A DNA stretch of 41,633 nt from the NCBI GenBank assembly GCA_964487115.1, contig CAZAPD010000046.1, positions 1 through 41,633 on the forward strand, given 5' to 3'. The translations under genes and the position numbers were made by a program. The DNA comes from an uncultured Thermococci archaeon. Lineage in GTDB: Archaea; Methanobacteriota_B; Thermococci; Thermococcales; Thermococcaceae. The notes beneath the pieces are model-generated. The model had not been told where the DNA came from, did not search any database, and saw only the letters and a list, made by a program, of their open reading frames with translations. Below, one piece after another: positions 1 through 9,922 of the stretch (the first letter of the stretch is position 1; each line of letters begins with the position of its first letter).

Positions 1-31
1 CTCTATATTATAATCATTTTCTTCATTTTCG

Positions 32-1541
32 ATTTCAATTCTCCTAAAGTCTTATTGGAACGTACCTTTATCGTTCAAACAATCCGTTTGTATCAACAAT
101 TTCAATTCTCCTAAAGTCTTATTGGAACTTTATTTTGGGGAGGTGGACTGAATGTGCGGTATTAAATTTCAATTCTCCTAAAGTCTTATTGGAACTTCTG
201 TTCTCAGATTGGAAGCGAGAGATGTTCAACCTAATTTCAATTCTCCTAAAGTCTTATTGGAACAGAAGGGTTGGACAAGCTGATGGCATGGATGGGCGAA
301 ATTTCAATTCTCCTAAAGTCTTATTGGAACCAATAATGACTATAGATGTACATCCTTATATATTTTTATTTCAATTCTCCTAAAGTCTTATTGGAACGTA
401 CTGAAGTACTATGTACAAGACGTAAAGAAAATAAATTTCAATTCTCCTAAAGTCTTATTGGAACAGAATGTTTGGACTGGATCTGTTGAATTTGAGTCCC
501 GATTTCAATTCTCCTAAAGTCTTATTGGAACTGCCTAATACATGCCATATGCATTTCCTACAAACGTATTTCAATTCTCCTAAAGTCTTATTGGAACTCA
601 TTTGGATTTTCGTATATCTGCTGAACCTCAGTATATTTCAATTCTCCTAAAGTCTTATTGGAACTGAGCAACAACAACAGAGTACATGTTAGTAAAATGC
701 ATTTCAATTCTCCTAAAGTCTTATTGGAACTATCAGTACCGAAAGCAATAGAAGAAACACTAAATATATTTCAATTCTCCTAAAGTCTTATTGGAACCTT
801 TATCCGTAAGCTTACGCACCCATGCCTTCCTCTATTTCAATTCTCCTAAAGTCTTATTGGAACTATGGAACAGCGTCCTTGGTAAGAACCCAAACGTTTG
901 AGATTTCAATTCTCCTAAAGTCTTATTGGAACCTAACTTTATCTCACTCGCCAAGAGCAACTTCAAAGCCATTTCAATTCTCCTAAAGTCTTATTGGAAC
1001 ATAAAGTTACGAGAATTTTGAACGGTAGCGATGAGCTATTTCAATTCTCCTAAAGTCTTATTGGAACGTGTCCCTTTTTCGTTTTTGATTCTTCGAGCTC
1101 TTCATTTCAATTCTCCTAAAGTCTTATTGGAACGGAGAACAAACCGGACGCTTTTCGTTCAGAAAATGCAATTTCAATTCTCCTAAAGTCTTATTGGAAC
1201 CCGTGCGGGCGAACTCCTCAACTTGCCTCGTGAGTTCATTTCAATTCTCCTAAAGTCTTATTGGAACTTGCTTTAGTAACTCAGGGCTGATCTGAATATT
1301 CACTTTATTTCAATTCTCCTAAAGTCTTATTGGAACCATGAAGTTTCATGCGTTGCTCTGTTGGGATCAATCCAATTTCAATTCTCCTAAAGTCTTATTG
1401 GAACCTCAAGATCACAGAGCCTGATGTGGTGGATCTCATCCATTTCAATTCTCCTAAAGTCTTATTGGAACCAACGTGGAAAAAGGCGGACTGACGACAA
1501 AGCTGAGAGTCATTTCAATTCTCCTAAAGTCTTATTGGAAC
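32..1541 (-). CRISPR. CRISPR array, 23 identical 30-bp repeats (GTTCCAATAAGACTTTAGGAGAATTGAAAT on - strand), 22 complete spacers of 36-40 bp; probably continues past the left edge
   Basis: atttcaattctcctaaagtcttattggaac starts at 32,99,166,234,301,368,435,502,568,635,701,768,834,903,971,1038,1104,1171,1238,1307,1375,1442,1512. The ATTGAAAN 3' handle and the leader at right give - orientation. No degenerate terminal repeat seen. Confidence 0.99.
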
Positions 1542-1970
1542 AGGCTGGTAATCCCGCTCTTTCGCCCTATAATAGGATAAGAAAGTCTGGAATATTTAAA
1601 CTTTTCTTCGGAGGTCGAATTGAAAAGCCAGAAGCTGTGCCCTTTTCGGGCGATTTTAGTGAATATTCCGGAAACTGACTGAAAGAGTCTTCTCCCTTCT
1701 ATTATGTACGAAAACATACGTGAGGGTTCCAAGGCTCATACAGGGACTTTTCCATCCAGTACCCTTTTGTAACCTCTGTAGCTTCCAGTTAGCTTGATAT
1801 ATACGGGATGCAGGCCTGTTGGGGGACGCTAAAGCCTCGGACTATTTATGTCTTTGATGTAGTGTTACAATCAATGCCCCTATATGTAACGTTGGGTCAT
1901 ATAAATACCAAGGGTTATTAAAATCATCAAACGTACGTTAAACCTTTTATTTCATAATTTGGGGAAGGAG
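1542..1970 (-). promoter_or_regulatory. CRISPR leader with BRE-TATA (GAAAAG-TTTAAATA, 1606-1593)
   Basis: Non-coding region abutting the last repeat. - strand reads GAAAAGTTTAAATATTCC...TATAGGGCGAAAGAGCGGGATTACCAGCCT-repeat, typical of Thermococcales leaders. Right boundary approximate. Confidence 0.85.
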
Positions 1971-2019
1971 AAGACTTGGAAATGAAAAAACAGGAACTGA
2001 AGAGAGAGTCGAAAAATTT

Positions 2020-3030
2020 TCAGCATATTCGGGGAACGGGATCTCCTTCAGGAGGCTCCATGAATCTCTTGCCGCCGATTCCAGTTTCAAGGACGACCTT
2101 TCCAGGGTATTCCCTTAGAACTTCTCCTATTATTGCGGCATCTTTTCCTTTATCTGTTTTTCTCATCGCTTCAAGTGCTTCCTCTGCATACTCCTTGGCA
2201 ACAATCATCACAACCTTTCCTTCGTTTGCCACATCATAGGGGCTTATGCCGAGCATTTCGCTCGCTGCTTTTACTTCAGGCTTCACGGGAATTCTATCTT
2301 CTCTCACGAGTATCCCAACGTTGCTCTTTCTTGCGATCTCGTTCAGGGCATTGCTCAATCCTGCTCTTGTTGGATCTTTCATGGCGTGGATGTTCTCCCA
2401 TCCCACCGTATCGGCAACGGCATTGACAACATCCCAGATAGGGGCGACATCGCTCTTAAGGTCGCTTTCGAAGGCTATTCCTTCCCGATAGCTCATTATT
2501 GCCATTCCGTGATCCCCTATTGTTCCGCTGATGAGTACAGCATCGCCAACCTGTGCCCCGGCATCACTTACCGGCCTTTCTGCTATTCCAACCCCTGCTG
2601 TAATTATGAACATGCCTATCCTGTCCTCAACAACCTTTGTGTCTCCTGTTATTATTGGAACTGGCACCTCTCTTGATGTTTCGTCCATCGACTTCAGGAT
2701 TTTCTCAAGGCTGGTTTCATCGAAGCCCACCTCGATTATCATGGAATTTGCCAGAGCCAGTGGCTTTGCCCCCATAACAGCTAAATCATTTACTGTTCCG
2801 CTTACTGCAAGCCTGCCGATGTCTCCTCCCGGAAAGAATAGGGGTTTCACTGTGTGTCCGTCTATGGTGAAAACAATATGCTTATCTCCGAAGGGAATCG
2901 TGGCTCCGTCGTCAAGAGCTTCAAGACCGATTCCGCCTGCTGATTTCAGCGTGAGATTTTTTAGTATAACTTCTCGTATGAGCTCTTCCATCAGCTCTCC
3001 ACCTGCTCCGTGTTCAAGCCTGATCTTCAT
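2020..3030 (-). CDS. hypE: Hydrogenase maturation protein HypE (carbamoyl dehydratase)
   Basis: HGAGG, DDGA, FFPGGDIG, GTVNDLA, DPTRAG, ANEGK and C-terminal PRIC; ATG at 3030 after GGTGGTGA RBS. Confidence 0.97.
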   Translation of the reverse strand: MKIRLEHGAGGELMEELIREVILKNLTLKSAGGIGLEALDDGATIPFGDKHIVFTIDGHTVKPLFFPGGDIGRLAVSGTVNDLAVMGAKPLALANSMIIEVGFDETSLEKILKSMDETSREVPVPIITGDTKVVEDRIGMFIITAGVGIAERPVSDAGAQVGDAVLISGTIGDHGMAIMSYREGIAFESDLKSDVAPIWDVVNAVADTVGWENIHAMKDPTRAGLSNALNEIARKSNVGILVREDRIPVKPEVKAASEMLGISPYDVANEGKVVMIVAKEYAEEALEAMRKTDKGKDAAIIGEVLREYPGKVVLETGIGGKRFMEPPEGDPVPRIC

Positions 3031-3043
3031 TGTCACCACCACT

Positions 3044-5356
3044 TTAGAGCATCAAGTCTTCCCGGCTTAAATACCCTTCGAGATAGAGACCTCCGAGGAA
3101 CGCCTGTCCAACGTTTATCCCATTATCCCCTCTCGGAACTTCATACGTTGAGTAGAACTTCAAGCCGTTTGTCTCGACCACTTTTCTAATGGTTTTGACT
3201 ATCAGCTCATTATATGCGACGCCACCGCTGATTCCAATTGCCTTGGCACCAAATTCTCTCGCCTTCTCAAGTGCTATCTCCCCAAAAGTCCTCCCAAGGG
3301 CGAGATGCACTGAATATGCTATGTCCGAGGAATTTGCTCTGCTTTCCAGCGCCTGATTGAAAAGCTCCTCCACTTTGATGGTTTCGCCTTCAACAGGAAT
3401 TTCAAATTTCAGATCATTTTTGCCCTTGAGCGCAAGGCTCTCAAGCTTCATCGCTGGTTCTCCTTCATATGTTCTCCGGTATGCAACGTTCAGGAGAACT
3501 GAAAAAGCATCGAGCACTCTTCCTGTTGAGGAGGCATGTGAGACATTTATCCCCCTCGTGAGCTGATTTAATATGACATTGAACTCGACATCTTTATATT
3601 TGAGGCTCTCGATGGCCTTAGGGCAATGTTTTTTAATTATCTCAGGCACCTCATCAATCTGGTAAAGATTGTTCAGTATTCCCATTAAAGCTCTGAGCGG
3701 ATAGTAGCTGGCTAAATCACCGCCGGGGAGAGGATAGTAATCGATATGGGCAAGCCTCTCAACATCCTCATAGCTGAGATATATCACTTCCCCTCCCCAC
3801 ACATTGCCATCGGTTCCATAGCCAACGCCATCGAGGGCTATTCCTATAACTTCATCGAGCCTGTGCTCCGCCATTATTGATGCAACGTGTGCATAGTGGT
3901 GCTGAACTTGGAGGAACTCGGTATGTGATTCCTCAGCAAGTTCCATTCCGAGCTTTGTTGTGTTGTATGTTGGATGTAGATCTGCTATTATCAGATCCAG
4001 ATTTTTAATCCTGAGTATCTTCCTGAAATGGTTTATCGCCTCCCGCATAAATTTGAGCACTTCAAGCTTTCCTGTATTGCCTATATACTGACTTGGGTAA
4101 ACCCTTCCGTTCTTCGCTATGCAGAAGGCGTTCATGAGTTCTGCACCAAGTGCCATTCCAGTGTAACTAAAGGGTATCTCCACCGGGAGTGGTACAAAAC
4201 CTCTACTTCTTCTTATCACAGCTCTCTTTTCATTGACAAAGCGGGCAACACTGTCATCTGTACGGTTGAGTATCTTTCTGTTGTGAAGGAGGAAGTAATC
4301 AGCTAAATCCTTAAGCTCTTTAAATGCACTCTCGTTATCTTTTGCCATGGGCAAACCTGGATAGTTGGCTGATGTCATGACATAGAGGGAAGTTTTACTC
4401 CAGTGAAAGAGTATGTAATGAGTTCCGGCATAGGGCAACATAACTCCGATTGTGTGCAAACCGGGAGCAAGTTTTTCCGGCAGGGGGAAGGGCTCTTTTT
4501 TCCTCAGAATCAAGATGGGCCTCCGGTAGGAGGTTAACTCCTCTTTTTCCGGTTCATCGATTATGGCGAAGCTTTCAACGGTCTCCAAGTCTCTGGCCAT
4601 CAGAGCAAAGGGTTTCTGGGGTCTAAGGGTTCTTTTCCTGAGCTCTCCAACGGCCTCTTCATTGGTAGCATCGCAGGCCAGATGAATTCCACCGATACCT
4701 TTAATAGCGACAATATAACCTTTATCTATCAGCCCTGCGGCTTTTTTAAGAGGATCTCCTCTTATCTCTTCTCCTTCTTTCGTGTATAACCTGTAGCTCG
4801 GCCCGCAAACCGGACAGCATACCGGCTCTGCATGATAGCGCCTGTTCAGTGGGTCTCTATATTCACTCTCACAGAAATCGCACATGTCGAATTCTCTCAT
4901 TGTGGTGTTGATGCGATCATAAGGAAGATCTTCAATTATAGTAAAACGTGGTCCACAGTTCGTGCATACGATAAATGGATACATATAACGCTTATCCAAT
5001 GGGTCAAAGAGTTCTTTGATGCACTCATCACATATAGCAACATCAGGTGGAATTATGGAATCTCCTCCTTCTCCTCCCTGAGAGCTCTTCTCGATGTAAA
5101 AGCGGTCAAACCCCTGAAGTGGAATCTCCTTTTTCTTTATCTTTTCAATTCTTGCTAAAGGGGGTTTCCTCTCCTTCAGATCTCTGAGAAATTTTTTAAT
5201 ATCCTCTTCCCTGCCTTCAATGACTATTTCAACACCTGCATCTCCAAGATTTTTAACGTATCCCCTGAGGTCATTTTCATGAGCGATTCTATAAACGAAG
5301 GGCCTAAAACCAACTCCTTGAACTATGCCCTCCACATGAATGTGATAGCTTTTCAT
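3044..5356 (-). CDS. hypF: Carbamoyltransferase HypF
   Basis: Acylphosphatase domain GIVQGVGFRPF, Zn fingers (CTNCGPR, CPVCGP), KGIGG, QHHYAH, DGVGYG; ATG at 5356 after GGTGAG. Confidence 0.97.
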   Translation of the reverse strand: MKSYHIHVEGIVQGVGFRPFVYRIAHENDLRGYVKNLGDAGVEIVIEGREEDIKKFLRDLKERKPPLARIEKIKKKEIPLQGFDRFYIEKSSQGGEGGDSIIPPDVAICDECIKELFDPLDKRYMYPFIVCTNCGPRFTIIEDLPYDRINTTMREFDMCDFCESEYRDPLNRRYHAEPVCCPVCGPSYRLYTKEGEEIRGDPLKKAAGLIDKGYIVAIKGIGGIHLACDATNEEAVGELRKRTLRPQKPFALMARDLETVESFAIIDEPEKEELTSYRRPILILRKKEPFPLPEKLAPGLHTIGVMLPYAGTHYILFHWSKTSLYVMTSANYPGLPMAKDNESAFKELKDLADYFLLHNRKILNRTDDSVARFVNEKRAVIRRSRGFVPLPVEIPFSYTGMALGAELMNAFCIAKNGRVYPSQYIGNTGKLEVLKFMREAINHFRKILRIKNLDLIIADLHPTYNTTKLGMELAEESHTEFLQVQHHYAHVASIMAEHRLDEVIGIALDGVGYGTDGNVWGGEVIYLSYEDVERLAHIDYYPLPGGDLASYYPLRALMGILNNLYQIDEVPEIIKKHCPKAIESLKYKDVEFNVILNQLTRGINVSHASSTGRVLDAFSVLLNVAYRRTYEGEPAMKLESLALKGKNDLKFEIPVEGETIKVEELFNQALESRANSSDIAYSVHLALGRTFGEIALEKAREFGAKAIGISGGVAYNELIVKTIRKVVETNGLKFYSTYEVPRGDNGINVGQAFLGGLYLEGYLSREDLML

Positions 5357-5404
5357 CTTCTCACCGCTTTTTTCTTTTCTTTTGGAGCATTTATAGGTTT
5401 CTAA

Positions 5405-5494
5405 AACCAAAAGTTAAAAACTGGAGGGGAGTTTTAAACCAAAGGTTGGCTTAGAGGAAGACTTTCTGCACATCCAAAACCAAAAGTTAAAAAC
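5405..5494. promoter_or_regulatory. Three long SurR-type motifs (GTTn3AACn5GTT) upstream of the hypF promoter
   Basis: AACcaaaaGTTaaaAAC 5405-5421, GTTttaAACcaaagGTT 5431-5447, AACcaaaaGTTaaaAAC 5478-5494; - strand BRE/TATA GAAACC-TATAAAT at about 5401-5389. Confidence 0.8.
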
Positions 5495-5504
5495 AGAATT
5501 TAGC

Positions 5505-6617
5505 TCAGAACAAAGCACCATATTTGTAGAATATACTGCAAGTCCCTTCGTATGAGACCATACACGGCCCAACTGGATGACGCGGGGTACATTCCTTCCC
5601 GAAGAGCCTGCAGTCTGTTGGCAGTGCCATTCCCCTGAGAACGGCTCCGCACAGGCAACCCTTTTCAAGGTCAGGAAGGTTGGGGACTTTAACATCGTAT
5701 GAATTTTTGATTTCAAGATCTTTCCACTCTTCTCTGAGCTCCAGCCCGCTCTTGGGAATTGTCCCCAGAGCCCTCCATTTGGCGTCTTTTACTTCAAAAA
5801 ACTTTTCTATAAGCTTCTGGGCATTTATATTCCCCTCGTACCTGACGACACGGGTGTATTCATTCTCGATTCTGGGTTCTCCCTTCCTTATGATTCTGAG
5901 GAGAAGCAGAACCCCCATTAGAAAATCAACTGGTTCAAAGCCGGCTATAACCTGAGGAACACCATATTCAGTGGTTAGGTATTCCCATCCTTTGACCCCT
6001 ATTATCGTTGAAACATGACCGGGATCAATGAGGCCATCAAAGCTTGTCCCCTGCTTAACCAGTACTTCAACAGCTGGAGGAGTTAGGCGGTGAACAGAAT
6101 AAATCTTAAAATTCTCCAGTTTCTCCCCTACGACTGTTTCAAGCATTCCTGCAGCAGGTGCTGTTGTTGTCTCAAAGCCGGGAGAGAAGTGGACAACCAG
6201 CTTGTCAGGATTTGCCCTAGCAATTTTGTAGGTGTCATAGATTGAGTACACTATTCTGATATCGTAACCTTCCCCCTTAAGGTCTGAAAAGCTCCCTCTG
6301 GGTGTTGGAATCTTATACATGTCACCAAATGTCGTGAGGATTATTTTTTCTCCTTCTTCCCTTGCTTTCCTCATTATCTCTTGCATCCTCACGACATCTT
6401 CAACAGGGGTTATGCACACCGGACAACCAGGCCCACTGACGATTTTAACATTCTCAGGGAGAAGTGATCGTATTCCACTCCTTGTTACAGTGTCCTCATG
6501 TGTTCCGCAGACATGCATCAGCCTGATCTCCCTTCCTATTCTCTCGGCCTCTCTTTTGATGGCTTGAAGAATCTTCTGGGCCAGTTCCCGGTCCTCAAAG
6601 ATTTTCAGATCAAGCAT
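5505..6617 (-). CDS. hypD: Hydrogenase maturation protein HypD
   Basis: MHVCGTHE, GPGCPVC, GFETT, PGHVS, GFEP, C-terminal CLCG...CTP..PVGPCMVS.EGTC. Confidence 0.97.
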   Translation of the reverse strand: MLDLKIFEDRELAQKILQAIKREAERIGREIRLMHVCGTHEDTVTRSGIRSLLPENVKIVSGPGCPVCITPVEDVVRMQEIMRKAREEGEKIILTTFGDMYKIPTPRGSFSDLKGEGYDIRIVYSIYDTYKIARANPDKLVVHFSPGFETTTAPAAGMLETVVGEKLENFKIYSVHRLTPPAVEVLVKQGTSFDGLIDPGHVSTIIGVKGWEYLTTEYGVPQVIAGFEPVDFLMGVLLLLRIIRKGEPRIENEYTRVVRYEGNINAQKLIEKFFEVKDAKWRALGTIPKSGLELREEWKDLEIKNSYDVKVPNLPDLEKGCLCGAVLRGMALPTDCRLFGKECTPRHPVGPCMVSYEGTCSIFYKYGALF

Positions 6618-6620
6618 TCT

Positions 6621-6845
6621 TCACTCCCCCAGAACCTGCATAATTTCCTCCCATGCCTTCAGGCTTTCAAGAGCCTGTTTTTCATCGAGCTTCTCAATGG
6701 CAAAGCCTGTATGGACTATGATGTAATCTCCCACCCTGACATCAGGCAGTAAATCAAGTCTCGCCTCTCTTTTGATTCCACCAAAATCTACTATAGCAAC
6801 TTTATCCTTAATTTCTACAACTCTGGCTGGAACTGCAAGACACAT
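6621..6845 (-). CDS. hypC: Hydrogenase assembly chaperone HypC
   Basis: MCLAVP start, VGDYIIVHTGFA; ATG at 6845 after GGTGGA. Confidence 0.97.
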   Translation of the reverse strand: MCLAVPARVVEIKDKVAIVDFGGIKREARLDLLPDVRVGDYIIVHTGFAIEKLDEKQALESLKAWEEIMQVLGE

Positions 6846-6909
6846 TTTTTCCACCTCTGCTAAAAACTTGGGTGAAGCAAAAATAAATCTTTGGAAATAT
6901 AATACTAAG

Positions 6910-6918
6910 GTTATAAAC
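6910..6918. promoter_or_regulatory. Short SurR-type motif GTTataAAC upstream of hypC
   Basis: Exact GTTn3AAC palindrome 65 bp upstream of the hypC start; a motif this short could occur by chance. Confidence 0.45.
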
Positions 6919-6989
6919 CCACACTATCAAGATAGGTTTAGCAATGCCTCAGAGGAGAATAAAAACTGCTGCTAAGCATCTGGCCTCCC

Positions 6990-7207
6990 TTTGGAAGGTT
7001 CGAGTTCTCCAAACTTTTTCTTCTTGCTGAGGGTGAAGAGGCTCCTCAAGATCCTTTCTCGCTAACTGCTGGACTGTTGAACCGCCAATCCAGTTTCTGA
7101 ATTGTTTGAGCCTTTTCATAATTGAGTTTGTTTCGGATTATTGCTGAAGCTTGGGGCAACTCGAAGAGGTTTTGGGGTTGAAGTTTTACTGTCACAGAAC
7201 GCTTCAT
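6990..7207 (-). pseudogene. tnpB: Frameshifted, internally deleted N-terminal remnant of an IS200/IS605-family TnpB
   Basis: Stitching frames gives MKRSVTVKLQP-NLFELPQASAIIRNKLNYE / RLKQF-RNWIGGSTVQQLARK / RSLFTLSKKKKFGEL, which resembles Thermococcales TnpB N-termini as I recall them; no RuvC region present. Confidence 0.75.
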
Positions 7208-7300
7208 TTCAAGTTATGGTATGAGTTCTAGGCGTTAAAACAGTACCGCTTTTCGTTGAAGGCTGATTTCCGAAAACTCCCCTGAACGGCGAAACTTGAA
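7208..7300 (-). mobile_element. Probable decayed left end of the IS200/IS605 element
   Basis: Imperfect hairpin GTTTCGCCGTTCAGGGGAG (7295-7277) about 70 bp upstream of the tnpB ATG. Confidence 0.4.
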
Positions 7301-7359
7301 AAAGTCCCACATACAAACAGCCATCATGTTTTAATACATGTACCATTAAAACCTCTGTC

Positions 7360-7941
7360 ATGCGTGCTGCGATTCTTGCAGGGGGAAAATCAAAGCGTTT
7401 CGGGTTCGGATTAAACAAGCTATTCTATATGATAGATGGAAAGCCGCTTATAATGCACACAATTGAGAGGCTTCTGCAGGCAAAGAGAATTGATAAGATT
7501 TTCATCGTGGCCTCTGAGAAAAATGCAGGGAGGTTGAGGGATTTTGGGTTTACAGTTCTGGTTGATGAATTCCCTGCTGGACCTATCGGGGGAGTCTACA
7601 CAGCACTGAGCCGAGGTGATGTATTTATTGCCGGTGGAGATATGCCGAATATAAAACCTGAGTTTGTCGATTACCTAATTGAGATGTTTAAGGTGTATAG
7701 ACCAATTGCCTGCGTTCCTCGCTGGTCGAACGGGTACATAGAGCCTCTCCATGCAGTCTATTCAAAGGCATTTAGAGCGGTTCTCAGGGAAAAGATTTCC
7801 TCAGGAGAGAACATGCTCAATAAAGCTGTTAGAGAAGCTAATCCCTGTTACATCCAGATTGAAACTCTCCCGGAAGCATGGAAAGAAAGCTTTTTTAATG
7901 TAAATAAAAAAGAGGATCTCAGAGCTTTTTCGCGAGTATAA
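7360..7941 (+). CDS. mobA: Molybdenum cofactor guanylyltransferase MobA
   Basis: ILAGGKSKRFG, GPIGG, GDMP, EPLHAVYS, FFNVN; TATA about 25 bp upstream and no RBS (leaderless). Confidence 0.88.
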   Translation: MRAAILAGGKSKRFGFGLNKLFYMIDGKPLIMHTIERLLQAKRIDKIFIVASEKNAGRLRDFGFTVLVDEFPAGPIGGVYTALSRGDVFIAGGDMPNIKPEFVDYLIEMFKVYRPIACVPRWSNGYIEPLHAVYSKAFRAVLREKISSGENMLNKAVREANPCYIQIETLPEAWKESFFNVNKKEDLRAFSRV

Positions 7942-8836
7942 TGCTTTTACCGGTTATTGAGGGCTTCAGGGGCCTTGTCACCTCGGTATCCTGCTCCTTC
8001 ACTAAGGTTCTCAATTTCTTGAACCCAAGTTCCTTTGCCCTGCTTCCAAGTATCATGAGAGTCTCAACAAAGTTATCTCCCCATGAATATACTGTTGCGA
8101 TGTCATTTCCAAAGAAGCTGCTCTCTATTACATAATAACTGTCTCCAAATCTGCCACTCTCGAAGTACAGTCCGTCGTCGATTCCAGATATCCTCTCCTT
8201 AAAAGCCATAAACCAGTGATGATAAGAGCTCTGGAACTTTCCAAGAATCATCTCCTTATCTCGAATTTTGCTCCATGGGAATTCTCCCCTCTGAATTTTT
8301 ACATCTTTATGGGGAAACTCCTCAAGGTTGAAATCCATCATCACTCCGTGCTGAATGATTTTATTAACTCCCAGTTTTTTGTAGAATGCCAAAGCTCTCT
8401 CCTCGGGTGTTACTGTGAGCATATCACAGCCCCGTTCTCTCGCAATTTCCTCTGAAAATCTCATGAGTGCTCTTCCAATCCCCTGTTTTCTAAAGTCTTT
8501 ATGCACTTGGATGACGTCCAGATGGGCTATTCTGTGGAGCTCTCCACTTACTGGTTCTTCGTTTATCAGAAGTTCCGCCTCTCCAGCGATTTTTCCATCA
8601 ACCTCAGCCACGATGATGGGGTGATCTTCAAGCAGAAGGCTGTTGAGATGAACTGCACAGCTCTCTATGCTCATCCACGGCCCACCGTGGAGATATCGCT
8701 CAAGTATTGTGAGCTCTTCATAACTTGCCCTCATGGTCTTTTTTCCATTTTCACGGTGATACCACTCATTCACATCGGAGCAGTGGGTTAGGGTTATCCC
8801 TTCAGCGTCTTCAAGCCTGCCCAGTCTTATTCTCAT
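7919..8836 (-). CDS. GNAT family N-acetyltransferase
   Basis: VHKDFRKQGIGRALM acetyl-CoA motif A and ALAFYKKLG; ATG at 8836 after GGTGGT. Confidence 0.85.
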   Translation of the reverse strand: MRIRLGRLEDAEGITLTHCSDVNEWYHRENGKKTMRASYEELTILERYLHGGPWMSIESCAVHLNSLLLEDHPIIVAEVDGKIAGEAELLINEEPVSGELHRIAHLDVIQVHKDFRKQGIGRALMRFSEEIARERGCDMLTVTPEERALAFYKKLGVNKIIQHGVMMDFNLEEFPHKDVKIQRGEFPWSKIRDKEMILGKFQSSYHHWFMAFKERISGIDDGLYFESGRFGDSYYVIESSFFGNDIATVYSWGDNFVETLMILGSRAKELGFKKLRTLVKEQDTEVTRPLKPSITGKSIILAKKL

Positions 8837-8850
8837 GAAAACCACCAAAG

Positions 8851-9810
8851 TTAAGCCTCAGCTTCGCTAAGGAACTCAAGGAGATCAAGCAACCGCCTAT
8901 CCTTAACCTTTGAAACAGCTTCGCTTGCTGTTTCAAGTCCGATTTTCCCATCCTTATACAAGGCTATTGCTTTTATAGCATTAAAAAAGTCCCCCATTTC
9001 TGGTATTCCCTTGGAAAACATGTCCATGTTCTTGTATATCAGTTCAAAATCGTCCTCTACCATAAGTTGCCAGATTATATCTATGAATGCATCAAAAGCC
9101 ACGTCTTCGTATTCAGAATCTTTGGCTTCCAGCATAGCGTAAAAACACTCCTGAAATGCTCCATCATAGTTATCTTCCTCTTCAAATATCTCCTCAAAGG
9201 CTAAATGGATCTGTGCTTTTAGGGATGGCTTATTTCTGATCTGACGGAACACCTCTGCCAGATCAGCCTTCGCTTCGCTTATTTTTCCCATCTCAAACTT
9301 GATGTATCCACTGTATATCCGCACATGAAGAAGTTCCTCTTCCTTTCCTAATTCTTCAAGAATTTCTCTGGCTTTTTCCATTAGCTCAAGAGCTTTTTCG
9401 TATTCCTGAAGCTCTTCATGAATGAGTCCCATATTGTAGTATATCTTCGCAATGTTTTCCATGTTTCCTTTTTCAGTTTCCTCCTCAAGCAGCTGTCGGT
9501 ATGTATCGAGACTTCTCTCAAACTCTCCAATTAGGAAGTATAGGTCTGCAAGGTTGAATTTGACATCAAAAGTGTCTTCATTTTCAGCTATTCTTTCAAA
9601 TTCACTTATTTTGTCTATTTCAAGGAGTTCGTGATAGTAATAAACAACGAGTTTATATAGCTCAAAGTCTTTACACTCCAAAGCCAGTTTTTCAGCCATT
9701 TTGAGAATTTCCTTTAAATCCTCGTCACTGAGATCATCTACCTTATAGTAGAGAAGGTTTGCAACTTTCTTCGTGTTTTTCTCCCCTATTGCCCTGAGGA
9801 TTTCTTCCAT
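8851..9810 (-). CDS. Tetratricopeptide-repeat protein
   Basis: Acidic helical protein with TPR-like units (NLADLYFLIGEFERSL, YYNMGLIHEELQEYEKAL); GGTG RBS. Confidence 0.8.
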   Translation of the reverse strand: MEEILRAIGEKNTKKVANLLYYKVDDLSDEDLKEILKMAEKLALECKDFELYKLVVYYYHELLEIDKISEFERIAENEDTFDVKFNLADLYFLIGEFERSLDTYRQLLEEETEKGNMENIAKIYYNMGLIHEELQEYEKALELMEKAREILEELGKEEELLHVRIYSGYIKFEMGKISEAKADLAEVFRQIRNKPSLKAQIHLAFEEIFEEEDNYDGAFQECFYAMLEAKDSEYEDVAFDAFIDIIWQLMVEDDFELIYKNMDMFSKGIPEMGDFFNAIKAIALYKDGKIGLETASEAVSKVKDRRLLDLLEFLSEAEA

Positions 9811-9922
9811 TTTTCAACACCTCAATGATATCTTGCAGGTGTTATATTTAACTTTATGCACAGGACAAAGCTTTTAAGTTCTATTATCCAAAGTAAGATA
9901 GGAATTATCCAGGGTGAGATGG

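Noticed and set aside
135..1732. ORFs at 135, 468, 1424 and 1532
   Set aside because: Translations of CRISPR repeats, spacers and leader (recurring FNSPKVLLE)
1976..6975. Short + strand ORFs over hypE/F/D/C, and 5414..5716 (-)
   Set aside because: Antisense or off-frame shadows of well-supported genes
7209..7418. 69-aa - strand ORF as a possible TnpA transposase
   Set aside because: No HUH or catalytic Tyr motif; overlaps the mobA start antisense
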